From the NCBI GenBank assembly GCA_030167865.1, contig JALAGF010006658.1:1-64000 (forward strand): a DNA stretch of 64,000 bases, given 5' to 3'. This document shows, one piece after another, positions 22,963 through 35,782 of the stretch. The position numbers were made by a program, and so were the translations under genes. How positions within the stretch are numbered: the first letter of the stretch is position 1; each line of letters starts with the position of its first letter. The DNA is from Craspedostauros australis. Taxonomy: Eukaryota. A model generated the notes under the pieces. That model had not been told where the DNA came from and made no database searches. It saw only the letters and a list, made by a program, of their open reading frames with translations.

Positions 22963-25635
22963 ATGACATCAACCCCACCACAAGCGACGATGGAGGAATC
23001 GGGGGTCCAAGGTTCACAGCAACAAGACAAGAGCCTGCATCCTCAGCCGCAGCCGCAGCAGCAGAACATGAACGCCGACAAAGCACCAGTCACGCCAAGT
23101 GGTCCAAATGGTCCAAATGGCGCAAACGACCAAGACCCCGACCATGACGATAACGATGCGGAACAAGATGCATCGTCGGTGGAAGATGAGGATGAAGTCC
23201 AGCAACCCGACACGTTGCGTCAACGCAGAATGAAGAACATCCAGCGAAATCGGGCATTCCTTGCTGATCTCAACACGCGATTTGATGCTGCTCCTGCGTC
23301 GGCTCACTCCAACGATGGCAACAGCATTCCAACAGCCAAAAGGAAGATTGACGATGTCGCACAATCGAATGTCAAGAAGACGCGGACAGATCTGAACGCG
23401 AGTGCGTCGAATCAACATCACGATGATGATCAAGCACAACATCAAGCACAACACGGCGTGCAATCGTCAAGTGAACTCGGACAGCCAGGTGTCACCACCG
23501 AATCCTCGGCTCAACGATTGCGAAGAGAAATCAAACGAATAAGAGATCGGTATCCGCATAGATCGTTTCAGATACGGACCTTGGCCAGTCAATTCAGCAG
23601 TGCCGTCGCGGCTGCGCAAGTCACTCGAAATAACTTCCATTCGACAACGCAACATGAGCAGCAGAAGCAGCAGCAAGAGAACCAGCTACCACAGAGCCAC
23701 TCTGCGAAACGACCGAGAGTCTTCGTGCCACCGCCAGTCTTCGTCATCGGCCCACCCTGCACGGGCAAGACGAGCTTGGTACGTGATGTCGTGGCTTCGA
23801 TTCAGAGCGCGTCGTCGCATCAGAATCTTGCTGCATCATCTAAGGATTCCACCTTGGGCGTTGGATCTGCGTACGTCAATTGCGCAACGGTGGAGCCGAG
23901 AGGTAGCGATCGAGTGCTCAAACTCATCCACAGACAGCTCATTGATTCTTGTACTGCACTGCCTGAACTTCGGCAGGGAAGAAGCGAGGTCAGACTCGCA
24001 AAATCCGAACCTCCAGCTCACGCTGGTCCTGGCAATTCAGAGGACCCGCAGTCGGCTCAGAGTACCAACCGAAGCAACGGCGACAATGGCAACAGCGAAA
24101 CAGACCATGGTGTCGTCAAAGATCACAAACCCTCCTCACAACAATCCAGCGTTCTTCGTTCCACAAAGCAATCGTTGGGTGGTGGCAGCACCGGCATGAA
24201 CAACAGGACCAGCATCCATACCCATACCCGCGTCGCAGATGGCGGCGGTCGCATATCGACTGCACGGTGTGGTAGAGATCTGAAACCCTACTTCCAGCAA
24301 ACATGCGGATTTGTCATCTTGGACAATGCCGAACGCTTGCTGTCGCTATCCACGAGCCGTCGTTCCAACCTTCTCGCGGAACTCCTTCTCCTGCCCAAGG
24401 ACGCAGTCCTCAATCTCACCATCATCGTCATCACCAGAAATTGCATCTTGGATCACTCCAGTACGTCCAGTGTTGGTGTTGTGCTTGCTTTGCATGTGGT
24501 GCATACTGCTTCATTATCACCATTCTCCCACACATGATGCTCACAAACTGTATCCCACCATACTTCTTCGCCATCTGCAGGTCTGAATAACATTGTTTCC
24601 GGCGACAAGTATGGTACGACACTGAACGGTGCCAGCCATCCAGCCAAGGTATATTTCTCTGCGTATTCCGAAAGTGCAACATTCCAGCAGGTGAGTTGTG
24701 TTGATCCGATGCGTACCGGAGCCTTGCTCGTCGTGTGGTGTAATGATGAGCAACTGAGTTCAAACACAAATGCAAATGCAACTTGCCGTGATTCTCACAT
24801 GTCAATCCCCATACGTACTCGCACCAAACACAAGCAGATCTTGAGTGTGCCGGAAGTGTCCCGTCTCGTGTTTGGTGCCGTCATCCCCCACAAATCAGAT
24901 CAGCAGGGATTGTCACAACGCAGCATGATGCGATCATACCTCAACATCCTGTGCCAAGGATTGCTGGGGTTCACGAAGAACCTGTCGGATTTCATCTATC
25001 TTGGCAGGAAGCTGTGGCCAGTGTACAACCAATCTTCGGATCTGCAAATGAAATCGTCGGCAGATCCTCTCGATTGGAACGCGAAGATACGTGCGGTGCT
25101 GGACAAACGATTCCTGGTGACCCTGCAACGCGAAATCCATCCAAAGAAGCCGAAGCTAGAAGCAACCCGAGGCACGCAGGCGTACGAGTACGTAGATCAT
25201 CTGCAAGTCGCGGCATACATCTGCCAAAACAATCGGCCCGAAGATGACGCCCATTTCTTCTCCCACAACCGCAGCACGCAACGGCGCAAGAGCAGCTCCG
25301 ACATCATCGGCAGCACCACGACCGATGACCACGAGATCGGCCGCAAGGAGTTGAAGAAGCTGCGACCGCGTCCATTCTCGTTGGAACGCATGCTGGCCGT
25401 GTTTGTGAGTCTCGTCCGGTTGCATGCCGCTTGCGATGACACGACGGGCGACAGCCTGGAATCGCCGGCACTGTATGAGACGCTGGGGACTCTGCGCGAT
25501 TTGGGCGTCTTGCAAGATGCGAGTTCCGGGACATTGAACATGATGCAACCCAAGTATTGGTGCATGCTGTCATTGGAGCAGGCGGAGATGCATGCCGAGC
25601 GGGCTGGCATCGATTTGCCCAAGTTTTTGATATGA
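22963..25635 (+). CDS. ORC5: Origin recognition complex subunit 5 (exons 22963-24460, 24581-24690, 24838-25635)
   Basis: Walker A GPPCTGKT, YVNC, VILDNAERL, VYFSAY, AAYICQNNRPEDDAHFF, PRPFSLERMLAVF; two in-frame GT-AG introns. Confidence 0.85.
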
Positions 25636-25979
25636 GACTCCCGCTCCACATGTGATGCGATGTATTGCATTTAGTCGATTGGGTTGGGTTGAATCGAACG
25701 GCATGGTTAGAATATGATAGGAAAACGAATACTTGCGCCACTATTGTGCGAGTATGGTATTCTACTAAATATTGGACTGTGGCGCCCGGACATATGTGTA
25801 AATGCAAAAATATTATATTGTATGAAGCATATGTCTCTTGCCGTGTTGCTGTTGCGGTGGAATGTGTACTGGTGGATCACCATCAACAGCAGCCGGCTAA
25901 TAACGATAATGAGGGAGAGAGAGACAGGTCGGCACCTGTCTCATCTCGTCTAATGCAAGCCAGAGCCAAGTGCGATCCC

Positions 25980-26591
25980 TCAATGGTCCTTCCCCCGCAA
26001 CTGCATGCCGGCCTCGAATGTCTGCACCTCCTCCTCGATCCGCTTGGCCTCCTGCCTTGCCTTGCGCCTCGATGCTGTGGTGGTGTCATGATACACGTCC
26101 GCAATTTGGTCCGGGTTGTTCTCCTCGTACATGAACTGGTACTGCTGCTCCTGCATGACGGTGTCGACGGCACGCACGCGGTTCATCTTCTTCTCCTGCC
26201 GTCCCGCGCCGTACATCTGTGTCAACCCCAGCGTCGTGGTGTTGATGTTGTCGCTGTCCCGCCTGCCCTGCTTGATGCGTTGCACGGTATCCCTCAGCTC
26301 CTGCTTGCGCAGGTAGAATTCTTCCGTGTCGCCCCAGACGGCGAAGATCTCATCGGGCGTGTAGCACTGGCTGACGCGGGAAATGCGCTGGACCTGTTCG
26401 ATGGAGTTGCGAGAATGGAATCGAACGCCCTTCGGTTTGATGGGCGGCATGTCGACGTCTTGCGGGCAATCCATTGCCGGGCTGCTGTTGACCATGAGTC
26501 GGTCGAACTCGTCGTTGGGGATGTCTGATTGGTGGTGTCGTGGAGCCGAGGATGTTGGGACGAAGGGTGGCACTGGGATTGCTGTGTTCAT
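25980..26591 (-). CDS. Diatom-type conserved hypothetical protein
   Basis: Clean 203-aa ORF with coding-like codon use; pattern KGVRF..V...YT.DEI..VW...E...GL...AV..VM.EQ..Q....D.IA..Y, which I recall from an expanded diatom family of unknown function. Confidence 0.75.
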   Translation of the reverse strand: MNTAIPVPPFVPTSSAPRHHQSDIPNDEFDRLMVNSSPAMDCPQDVDMPPIKPKGVRFHSRNSIEQVQRISRVSQCYTPDEIFAVWGDTEEFYLRKQELRDTVQRIKQGRRDSDNINTTTLGLTQMYGAGRQEKKMNRVRAVDTVMQEQQYQFMYEENNPDQIADVYHDTTTASRRKARQEAKRIEEEVQTFEAGMQLRGKDH

Positions 26592-28432
26592 TTCAGTCTG
26601 TTGGACAATGGCGATGGGTGGATGATCTGATGTCTGATGTGTGCGTATTGCGTATTGTGTGTTGTGAACTTGATGTGGTTCGTCACAAAGGGCTCCAGAG
26701 TAGGGTATTCTACGTCAAGCGTTTCTTCTGCAGAAGGAGGATCGATGGATTGTCAGTGAAGAGAGAGAGAGAGAGAGAGAGGGAGGTAGAGAGAGTGGAG
26801 ATACCAGAGTGGCAGACAGATTTCTGTGTGAGCTGGCTGCGTTGCCTCGATCAGAGCCCTACTCTCTGGCGGTCCTCGTACCCGTGCTCGTGCTCGTGTT
26901 CGTGGTCGTACACACACTCCGCAACGATACGAGTCGGGAACGTGCGCGGAACTGATCTCAAGGATTTTGGCGGACGGTACGCAGGCAGGTGTGGGGGTTC
27001 TGATTGAAGGCGTCGTTGCCACCATGGGAACGTTGGTGGCACGGAGTTGGGCTTCTCGGCGCAGCGAGACGGTGTCACCTGACGGGTACAGACATGCCAC
27101 GCTCTGTCCTGCGAGGTACGTCTATCTCACACGAGAACAGTCCGAGCAACGACTACGAATGTGGCAGATCGCATCCTCACATGGATCTCCAACAACAATC
27201 CCACATGTGTCGAGGTCTGCACTCACCAAGACTTCTGCGCTGATAGTGCTTATCATACGGTTACGGATACAGATGCACCATGAAATGAGGAGCTTCCTCT
27301 TGGTGTCTGGATTGTATGGTATCCAGATTGGACGAATGGTGGATGTCTGACTCCTGTGCTGCTCGGTTTCTGCTGCTATTTTGGTTCAGCACATCACTAT
27401 CACACGCAAAGAGGTCTGCTCTCTCTTGTTCTCCTCTCTCTGTGCTGTGTGCGAAGCTTCACAACTTGCTTCGTTTTGTCTCGTTCGCGGTTTTGACGCG
27501 CGTGATTGGGATGTAGTCTGCGTGTCTGCTTGGGCGTCCAACTGAGATTTCGCATTGTTCCTCGCGAAACGAACTTCAAGGAGGACACAGACCACAAACA
27601 AACGCCTCCATGGCGAATCAAGAGTGCTCAGCGATGATGCTCGACAAGTCGGCTTTCCCTCTTTGTAGCTGCGGCTGTTGCCCAGAGAGGGGGAGAGAGT
27701 TCACAACATCATCCACCCAACATGAAACATCCAAAAAGGTGTCCACACACACACAATAGGAAAAACATGCAGACACGACTTGGCAAGAGGTTGCTTGGAT
27801 GGATGATCGTGTTGATTCTCCTCGCTCCGCGATCTCTACCGTTGAATGTCACACCTCTACATACCCATTCATAGACGTTGGAACACATCAGGAGAACAGG
27901 AAACAAACTATATATCTCATAACTGTCTTTTGATTCCGGTCACGAATTAATACAAAGGCTCATAAATATAAACAATTATAATATTGACTTAGCTTCCAAG
28001 AAAGAAAAGAACATTTGCCGAATTCGCCAAACACAAGAAAGAACATCAGATCCATCAGCCAGCCAACCAACCGACAAGGATGATGATGCGGATCTTGATT
28101 GGCACCGGCCGTCTGCGGAAGTCGCGTTTGTTGACGTTTCCCGTACTGCACTGTTGTTGCCACATCCTCCACGACACTCCACAACTGCCGCCGTATCCGA
28201 AAGAAGAATTCTCATTGATTGTGGCTGCCGTTGACAGAGTGGAGACAGGAGAGGCCGCTCTTGATGCATCATTGGCATACTACATGACGAGAACAACCAA
28301 ACAGTGTGCGAAAACGCAAGTCGGCAGAGAGGTCAGACAAAGCAAGAGAGAACTATCCGCATCATCGAGTAGAAAGAACGAGACGACGATAGAGACATCG
28401 AACGAAGAAGCATCATACAGCAATCGAAGACA

Positions 28433-29029
28433 ATGATGATCAATATGGCACGGCAGCAAAGAGAAGGATGCACTGCGTTCCGCATCAGCGCACCGACGAT
28501 CCTCATCATGCTCGCTATGGCTTGCCAGTACTGCGACATGACGGTTGAAGCATTCTCACCGTCCCAATGCATCGCATCAAGGACAAGAGCATCGCACAGG
28601 CGCCATCGCTCCTTCTCTGCCACTTGCATAGGAATGGCCAAAGACGAAGAACAGGACGACGCCAAAACGAATGACAGAGACGATGGCGGCAGCAATGACA
28701 CCTTCCAAGCCGAATTCCAACAACGCGCCGTCGAGGTCACCCGAGACTCGTTGGAACGGCAGAACACGCAGTCCTTCCTGAAACGCCGACCCCGCAAGCT
28801 GCCCTACTCCGATGCGCGGCGGTGGGTGCAGGCCAATCTGGGTGCCGCGACGCAGGAGGAGTTCGATGACATGGTGGCCAATGGCAACCTACGCACACCC
28901 TACATTCCCAAGCGACCGGAAGAGTACTACACGTCGACGCGGGAATGGATCTCGTGGCATCATTTCTTGACGAACGACTCCAAATTGGCAGCGTTCGTTG
29001 TCAAACCTCAGACGGGCGTGTTTGACTGA
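28433..29029 (+). CDS. Plastid-targeted protein with one phage-integrase-repeat-like unit
   Basis: Hydrophobic signal + VEA-FSPS; C-terminal LPYSDARRWVQANLG...EEF...IPKRPEEYY...EWISWHHFL. Confidence 0.7.
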   Translation: MMINMARQQREGCTAFRISAPTILIMLAMACQYCDMTVEAFSPSQCIASRTRASHRRHRSFSATCIGMAKDEEQDDAKTNDRDDGGSNDTFQAEFQQRAVEVTRDSLERQNTQSFLKRRPRKLPYSDARRWVQANLGAATQEEFDDMVANGNLRTPYIPKRPEEYYTSTREWISWHHFLTNDSKLAAFVVKPQTGVFD

Positions 29030-30388
29030 CGCATGCGGCAATCATGGTGAAGGTGGTGGCCATGGCGGTGGCCATGGCGGTGGAGGTCGGATCCATGGAA
29101 ATAGAACTCCAATGAAGATGGGCACATGATGTGATGAAGATCATATAATATCATGTCTTTTGATTTCTTCCAAATGCATCACACCAGTAGTGGATAATAG
29201 CAATTGTAACGCACCATGCTTTACCCTCACGGAGTAGAGTAGAGTAGAGCAGACTGGAGTAGACTGGAGTGCTCCATTTCGTTTTGCACTCGTTGGCACA
29301 GATGAACCTTTAACAGCATCAAATGGGGCCTCCAAGACGCCTGGACAATGTTACAATTGGTGCCATTGGCGAAGGAGCACTATCTATTCTATGTAGTGCA
29401 GTGCCACCAAGAATCACCACACGGCTTGTGACACAACATCCCTCGCGGAATCATGATGTCAGAGGCTCCCCTCCAGCGTCAGTTCGCAAGTGGGGATGTT
29501 TTGTTCGATCGTGATTCGTGGACTGGTGCCTCTTTCGTGAGAGTCGCACAAAATCAAAGAACATCGAGATCGCTCACTCACCAGAGAAGGAAGTTCTCAA
29601 TCTTGGATGAGCACGCGAAAGTTCTCAAAAATATGTGGACTTTGGAAGCTCGGTCAAGTTATGAATGAATTGTATATTATACTGCATGGTTTGAACGATG
29701 ACGACATTCAACATAAGACCAGAATTTAATAGGTATAATGTGTAATTGCCGTACATTTTGACACGATCCTGACACATGCTGACAGGCCCTTCTCCTTCTG
29801 CACAACCCAGAACAGAAACAAGACACCTCACACAAAACCAAGAGGCGCGAAAACTGAACGAGGCGATGACTTTGCGTGCCTGCATCTGGCACATCATTAT
29901 CTTTTGACTTCGAAGGAACACACCTCACCTCATCGCATCTCTGCTCATCTCACATTGCTTCAATTGAACACACTCAAACTCAAGCCAAGAGAGCCAAAGA
30001 AAGGCAAAGAGAAGCTCGGATCCTGGAACAGAACACTGAGAATCCAGAAGGTGGGTCATTCGATTGATTTGGGACGCATGGAAATTGGAACAAATCGAAG
30101 CAACGACCATGGCGATGCTGTCAAGGAATCCATCCTATTGCAAAGCCCTGCGGTTGCCGTCTCGTCCACCGCGCAAAGGACATCATCTGTGAAGAGGAGT
30201 ACTCGAAGTCTGACTCACTTGAAATCGATGCCGTCGTCTGCTTCTTGTTGATTCTTGGTGGTATCGTCATTGTTTTGCGCCTCCACACATCACCGACCAA
30301 CTAACAACCTCCACTCCATTACTCCACTTCTTTCTTTGGGTTACTGGATTGTTTGATTGCGCACTCACAGGTTCACATCAACAACAGC

Positions 30389-32152
30389 ATGACGAAATCA
30401 ACCTTCATCTTCCATCGCAGAGAATGGGTCATCTTCGCTCTCCTCACCATCGGTCTTCTCGTCGCTCGCCAGAAAACGGCGGGCGAATCGGCCAAGCAGA
30501 TGAAAAGGAAGAAGAATCCTGCTGAATACACCCAGTATCGGCTGCGCGATATCGACCCAGTCGGATACCGTCACAAAAGCGACGACCCCCACACAGATGG
30601 CAACCTCTTTGCCAACGAAGACAACGTGTATCGCATGCAGAACGAGCTGCTCAAGGACTACTGCACGCCCACCGCCAAGGCGCTCTGCTGGCAGAAGCTC
30701 TCCATCTTCAGCGCGCCATGCGGATTCAGTAACTCCGCGCCGCACGATCCTGCATTCTCATCCTTCATGCACCCCTTCCTGACCGATCCGTCCAACTGTC
30801 GGTTCACCTTCTGGATCGACGAGAAGCTGCCTCAGGACAAGTACGAACACGAGAAGGAGCACAGGAATGACGCTCTCCGCCATTTTGTGCGCAACATGAT
30901 CGAAGAGCTCTACCTCTTCAGCAGAGAGTACAAGTGGATCACAGAGGAGAATGCGAAGGACAATGGCAAGCCAATCTTCCACATGAAACAGACAAACGAC
31001 ATTCAGCATCTGTTTCGCCTCGTCGTGCAGTCGGTCGAGGAATACTTGAGCAACAAAGACACCATGACGATCCACACCTCGCACGATCCACACCAGATGA
31101 TCATCCGATTGCATTCCAAGCAGTATGATGACACGGACGCGAATCCCATCAACACTGCCGAAGTCCAGATGTCGGGTCGCCATCTGTGGCTTTACACCGA
31201 AGTTTGGGATTTGGTGGCTGAAGTCATTCGGGAATACCAGTCTTGCGCCGCTTCGTCTGCTTCCGAAAGCGGCGACGAAGTCGAAACAAACAGAATCATC
31301 AATGACTGCCTCGCGACTGATTCCAAGTTGCTGGATAGCTTCCAGTCCAATCCTCATGAGTATGACCATGCCTTCCGCAACGATTTCATCTACCTATTGG
31401 ACTTCGCAGCGAAGCACAGGCACGAAGATGAATACGGCCATCGCCACCACAGCGGCCGTGAACACACGAAGCTCGAGCATGACTATCCCACCATCGCAGA
31501 GGTTCATATGGTGAGCAATTGTCTTTGGGGCTACTATGAAGAAGAGAAGATCGTCGATCCCATGTGCGGCGTGGCCATGGAACATGCCGCGATTCGCATC
31601 GAACAGCTGGCAGTGGCATCCCACGAGGAGACGTACGAAAAAGAAAAGAGAAAGTATCACGCCGCACATGACTGGTACTGTCAATGGAGCATCGCATTCT
31701 GCGTGGTCTGCAACATCCTCATCCTCTCCGTCCATCTCAACGAATGGGCCAAGGACAGAGGATTCTTCTCCGTATCGTCCTCCGCCCTCAACAGCGCAGG
31801 TGGCGGGGGCCCGAAGCTACCTGCCATGGTGACGCTGCAGGTCCGACGCCTCCTGCTTCTCCACATCATCGTCACCATCGCTGGATGGTGCGCGTTCTAC
31901 ATCCATTACAGCGAGAGCGAGGACACGAATTGGCCAGAGTACTCGGTGATGTCCGATCGCGTTCCCACTCACATCTACATCAACACATGCCTCTGGTCGG
32001 CGATGACGTTAGTCGCGTCGTACCTGCTGGCACTTTCCACGGACCTTCGTGAGAACAACTCCGCATCCACACGTCGACCATCTTTCATGTTCGGTCAGCC
32101 AGCAGCTCTTGGCTACGAGTTGGCAGTGATGGAGGCGGACCCCGAGAGTTGA
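30389..32152 (+). CDS. Orphan membrane protein (N-terminal anchor, large His/Cys-rich domain, three C-terminal TMs)
   Basis: 587-aa ORF with coding-like codon use; probable 5' UTR intron acceptor at 30370; no family motif recognised. Confidence 0.75.
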   Translation: MTKSTFIFHRREWVIFALLTIGLLVARQKTAGESAKQMKRKKNPAEYTQYRLRDIDPVGYRHKSDDPHTDGNLFANEDNVYRMQNELLKDYCTPTAKALCWQKLSIFSAPCGFSNSAPHDPAFSSFMHPFLTDPSNCRFTFWIDEKLPQDKYEHEKEHRNDALRHFVRNMIEELYLFSREYKWITEENAKDNGKPIFHMKQTNDIQHLFRLVVQSVEEYLSNKDTMTIHTSHDPHQMIIRLHSKQYDDTDANPINTAEVQMSGRHLWLYTEVWDLVAEVIREYQSCAASSASESGDEVETNRIINDCLATDSKLLDSFQSNPHEYDHAFRNDFIYLLDFAAKHRHEDEYGHRHHSGREHTKLEHDYPTIAEVHMVSNCLWGYYEEEKIVDPMCGVAMEHAAIRIEQLAVASHEETYEKEKRKYHAAHDWYCQWSIAFCVVCNILILSVHLNEWAKDRGFFSVSSSALNSAGGGGPKLPAMVTLQVRRLLLLHIIVTIAGWCAFYIHYSESEDTNWPEYSVMSDRVPTHIYINTCLWSAMTLVASYLLALSTDLRENNSASTRRPSFMFGQPAALGYELAVMEADPES

Positions 32153-32535
32153 ATGCATTCCGCCAATGCATGAGCAAACACGATTTTGCGTGAACATCTC
32201 TCGACTGTTCCAGCAACAGTTTTACATAATACTTCCATACACTCCATACTTCGTACTCTCAGGAGTACTCGTGCCATACGTACAAGAAAGCAACAACGCT
32301 GCCACAAAAATGCATAGAGTAAACATAAGCACCTTACCAATAGAAAGCCATCGAGCAAACGAATGAACGAACGAAAAGTCTATCATACTCGCCCATCACA
32401 TCTCTCTATTTTCCGTTCGTCTATTCATGCAGGCATGCATTCATCTCGTATGTTGCTGTTCTTTCCTCCCCCTGAAACTGACGCAAGTACCCTGCCACAG
32501 AAGCTGCCAATGGACATTTTGCAGCATCATTCGAA

Positions 32536-35500
32536 TCACCGCCGTGCCACAGCGATGGAGTGGAAGACATCCATCACGCGCGGCGCAAGGGCTGTGAGAC
32601 TGTCGTTAATCAGCTTCAAAAAGAAACGTTCCGCCTTTTCGTCTGTAAGATCCAATTGGAATCGTTCCTCCACGCGAGCAATCACACCGTCGGGATCGGC
32701 CGTTGGGTTATTGGACAGATCTTCAATGCCAGCATCGCTCATGAGATGCAGCAGGTTCAGGACGAGACCGGCGCTTTTGCGCAACGCGTTGAAGGCTTGG
32801 CAGGACAGGGAGCAGAACTGGCGGTATTCCACAGAATCCAAACCGCCCATGCCTTCCACCATCTCTCGGGTGAGACGGAAGGGAGGGGGTAACGGTTTCG
32901 GGTCTCTTCCGAACATGAATCCAAAGTCGATGTGGAAGAAGCGTCCGGTCGTCGTGATGAGGATGTTTTCCAAGTGCCGGTCACCCACGCCCAGCAGGTA
33001 CGTAATGACGCAATACCCCGCGCAGCTCCGCACGTAGGCGGACATCACGTCAGGCCGGACGTCGTACTTGGCACCCGCTTGCGGGGCGCAAGTCTTGAAG
33101 AATTGCAGGATGGAGTTGTTGTGCTTCGCCAAGATGGCCGCGACGGGGATGGAGTCGTTCACAAAGTCTACCAATCCGGACGTTTGCGACGTTGCGATGA
33201 TGGAGTACGGGGTGAGACACAGATCGAGCGTGGCTCGTTTCAAGAGGCCGTCCATGAGCTGGATCATCATGATCACCAGCTGGTCTTGGCGCAGATCATC
33301 TCCCGTCTTCACGATCACCTTGTACCGCTTCGGCAGGCTCTTGGAGGCGACTTGCTCTGCCGCCACATCCTGCTTGTTGGAAATGGTGGAGGTGGACGCA
33401 GACACGACGTTGAACTCGAGAAGGGCGGGGTACAGCGCGGACTTGAACATCTTGGCGTTGCTCGATTGGACTCCGTTGACGATCAGATCTGGCGCTGATG
33501 GCAGCGGGAACGGCTCCCGTTTGGAATCTGGATCGAAGCTGCCCTCCTCCAGCAATTTGATGAGATTCGCCTCCTTGGCATCCTTCTTGCCTCTCGTATC
33601 GCGACCGGCAAGCTGAGCGTCCATGATCCCGGAAATGAAGACATCCTGATTGGTGAGGACATCCCACATGGACAGTTTGGTCCTGTGCGAGCCGGTCCTC
33701 CCGGTCGCCTTGCTGCTGGCGTTGCCTTCCGCGCCGACCAATGTGACGCCGAGTTTCGACACAGAATTGACGATCGATTTCAGCGAAGACTTCACCTTGT
33801 CGCCACGTGCATCGTGCTGATGCGTCCTCGCTGCCCTGTGCGCCGCGTCCATTGCATCCGGGCCATTCGCTCCCATGACATTGCAGGGTGTCTGCGAGAG
33901 TTTTTGTTGCAGTTCCGCAAACACCTCTCTGTACCGTGCTCCGTACGCCGCGTCCTGCAATTCGACCTTGAGGTACCAGTACAGATAATTGGCCAATTGG
34001 AGGTTCTTGGATGCGCGGTCGATCAAGAAAGTTCCCAACGACGTCGCCGGGGTGTTGTTGGCTCCCGCCGGAATGGCGTTGCCCGCAGCATTGCCGCTGC
34101 TGTTGGTGTCTTGCTGATTCTCGAACTTCAACGCCTGCACCAGCTGCAACAGGTAGAGCCGCAGCTCGTCGTCGGGCGCCGAGGCCAAGGTGTCGATCGC
34201 GTAGGCACGGACAAGGTTGGTCTGGTACGCCACCTGCTTGCCGAGAAGCTTGAGCGCATCCGTGACTTCGATCGGACTCCTCATGCGCCACTGCTCAAGA
34301 AGCTCGGCGGCCTGAACCACCTCCCCCTCGACCGTCCAATCCACGGCGAGCAGAAACTTGGTGAGGGCCCGGCGGTTCTCCACCAGACTGAATCTGAATC
34401 GCCAAAGCAAATCCTTCTCCTCTCTCGTCGGGTGGTGCGACGGCGAGGCGATGATGGCGGCAAGCTGATCCCGCTGCATACGATCTGGCTTCAACGCCGG
34501 ATCCACCATGCCGCGTAGGAGATCGTGCGCCAGCGCGCGGTATTTGTCCTCGAAGACGTTGCCATCGTGATAGTCCAAAAACGGCACCATGTCGAGCGGC
34601 GAAAAGTGGTGATGGTTGGATGACGCATCGTTCATCATGTCCCGCTGCTGGGATTGGGCCCGGTTGTTCTCAAATTCCAACGATGACACGTTGCCTGACA
34701 CGCCCTGGCTGGACAATGCGTAGAACGTCTCCTCGTGCATGATTGGGACAGCGAAGTTGGGCAGCTCCACAACGAGGCAAGATGGGGACCGCTGGTCCGC
34801 GTAGTCTGCGGTGGTGATGGCATTCTGGAGTATGTCATCGCAGTGCTTCGTCGATATCTTGTCGAGCCACGGCACTGCTGGAATCTGGCCGACGACCACC
34901 TTGTTCGTCGCCGACGGTGGCTGATCCTGCAGACGGTTGATGCGGTCGAGAATCAGGGTCGCCTCCCATACCTCGTCGGGCGTGTCCTGCTTGGACTCCT
35001 GGCCTGCAGTAGACGCCGCCGGATGGGCGTGACTTGCTGTGTGGCCTTGGTTGGACGAGTAGCGATCGTCACGGCTTTGCAGCACACCCTCCGCATCATG
35101 GAGCGGAGTGAAATCCAACTTTTGGAGCCCCGATTTGAGCCGCCCAAATTCGTCGAACAATCTCATGGAGACCTCATGGAGCTGCGACAGCAAGCATCAA
35201 TGGAGTAGAGTGTGTTGTTGTTGTTGTTGGATTGTACAGTAAGCACGAGTATGCATACAGTAGATGTTGGTGAGGGATGTACGTCAGTATAGTGGAGGGC
35301 AGGGAGAGCAGGGAGAACAGCAAGGCACAGGCAAGAGCTTCCCACGAACCGCGGCAACTTACCAAGCAATCCGCAACACCCAAAACCTGAAAGTTGAGGT
35401 AAGTATCGCGCGGCAGATCTCTCCAACGCAACGGGATCTGAATGGCTTCGTTCCATTCGCAGCAATGCGTGAAGCTGGCAACGCAGGGCCGCAGGGCGTC

Positions 35501-35782
35501 CATGCTGCCCTTTGGACGCATCGTCGACGTGGAGGTGAACGTGGGCACGGGCACGAGAGGCACGCCTGCTGCGCCGTGCACGCTGACGCGGACCTTCCAA
35601 TCATCGATGTCCCACTGCGGCGCAGGCACAGCGGCATCGAGGCCGTCATCGTCTTTTCCCAAGAGGGCCGACCGCACAACAACGACGACGTGCGACGTTT
35701 GGGAGACCGAAACGTGCGGCATCCATGTGGCGTTCATCCAGCGGTTGTCATGCTTGTTGCTGTGGACGACGCGTCGCGCCAT
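32536..35782 (-). CDS. VPS34: Class III phosphatidylinositol 3-kinase (exons 35782-35363, 35181-32536)
   Basis: C2 region WNEAIQIPLRWRDLPRD, EKDLLWRFR, YLLQLVQALKFE, FKSALYP, KTGDDLRQDQL, GVGDRHLEN, HIDFGFMFGRDPKP; phase-0 intron GTAAG..CAG. Confidence 0.96.

Noticed and set aside
28080..28436. 118-aa ORF overlapping the start of the plastid protein
   Set aside because: No homology cue; probably 5' flank.
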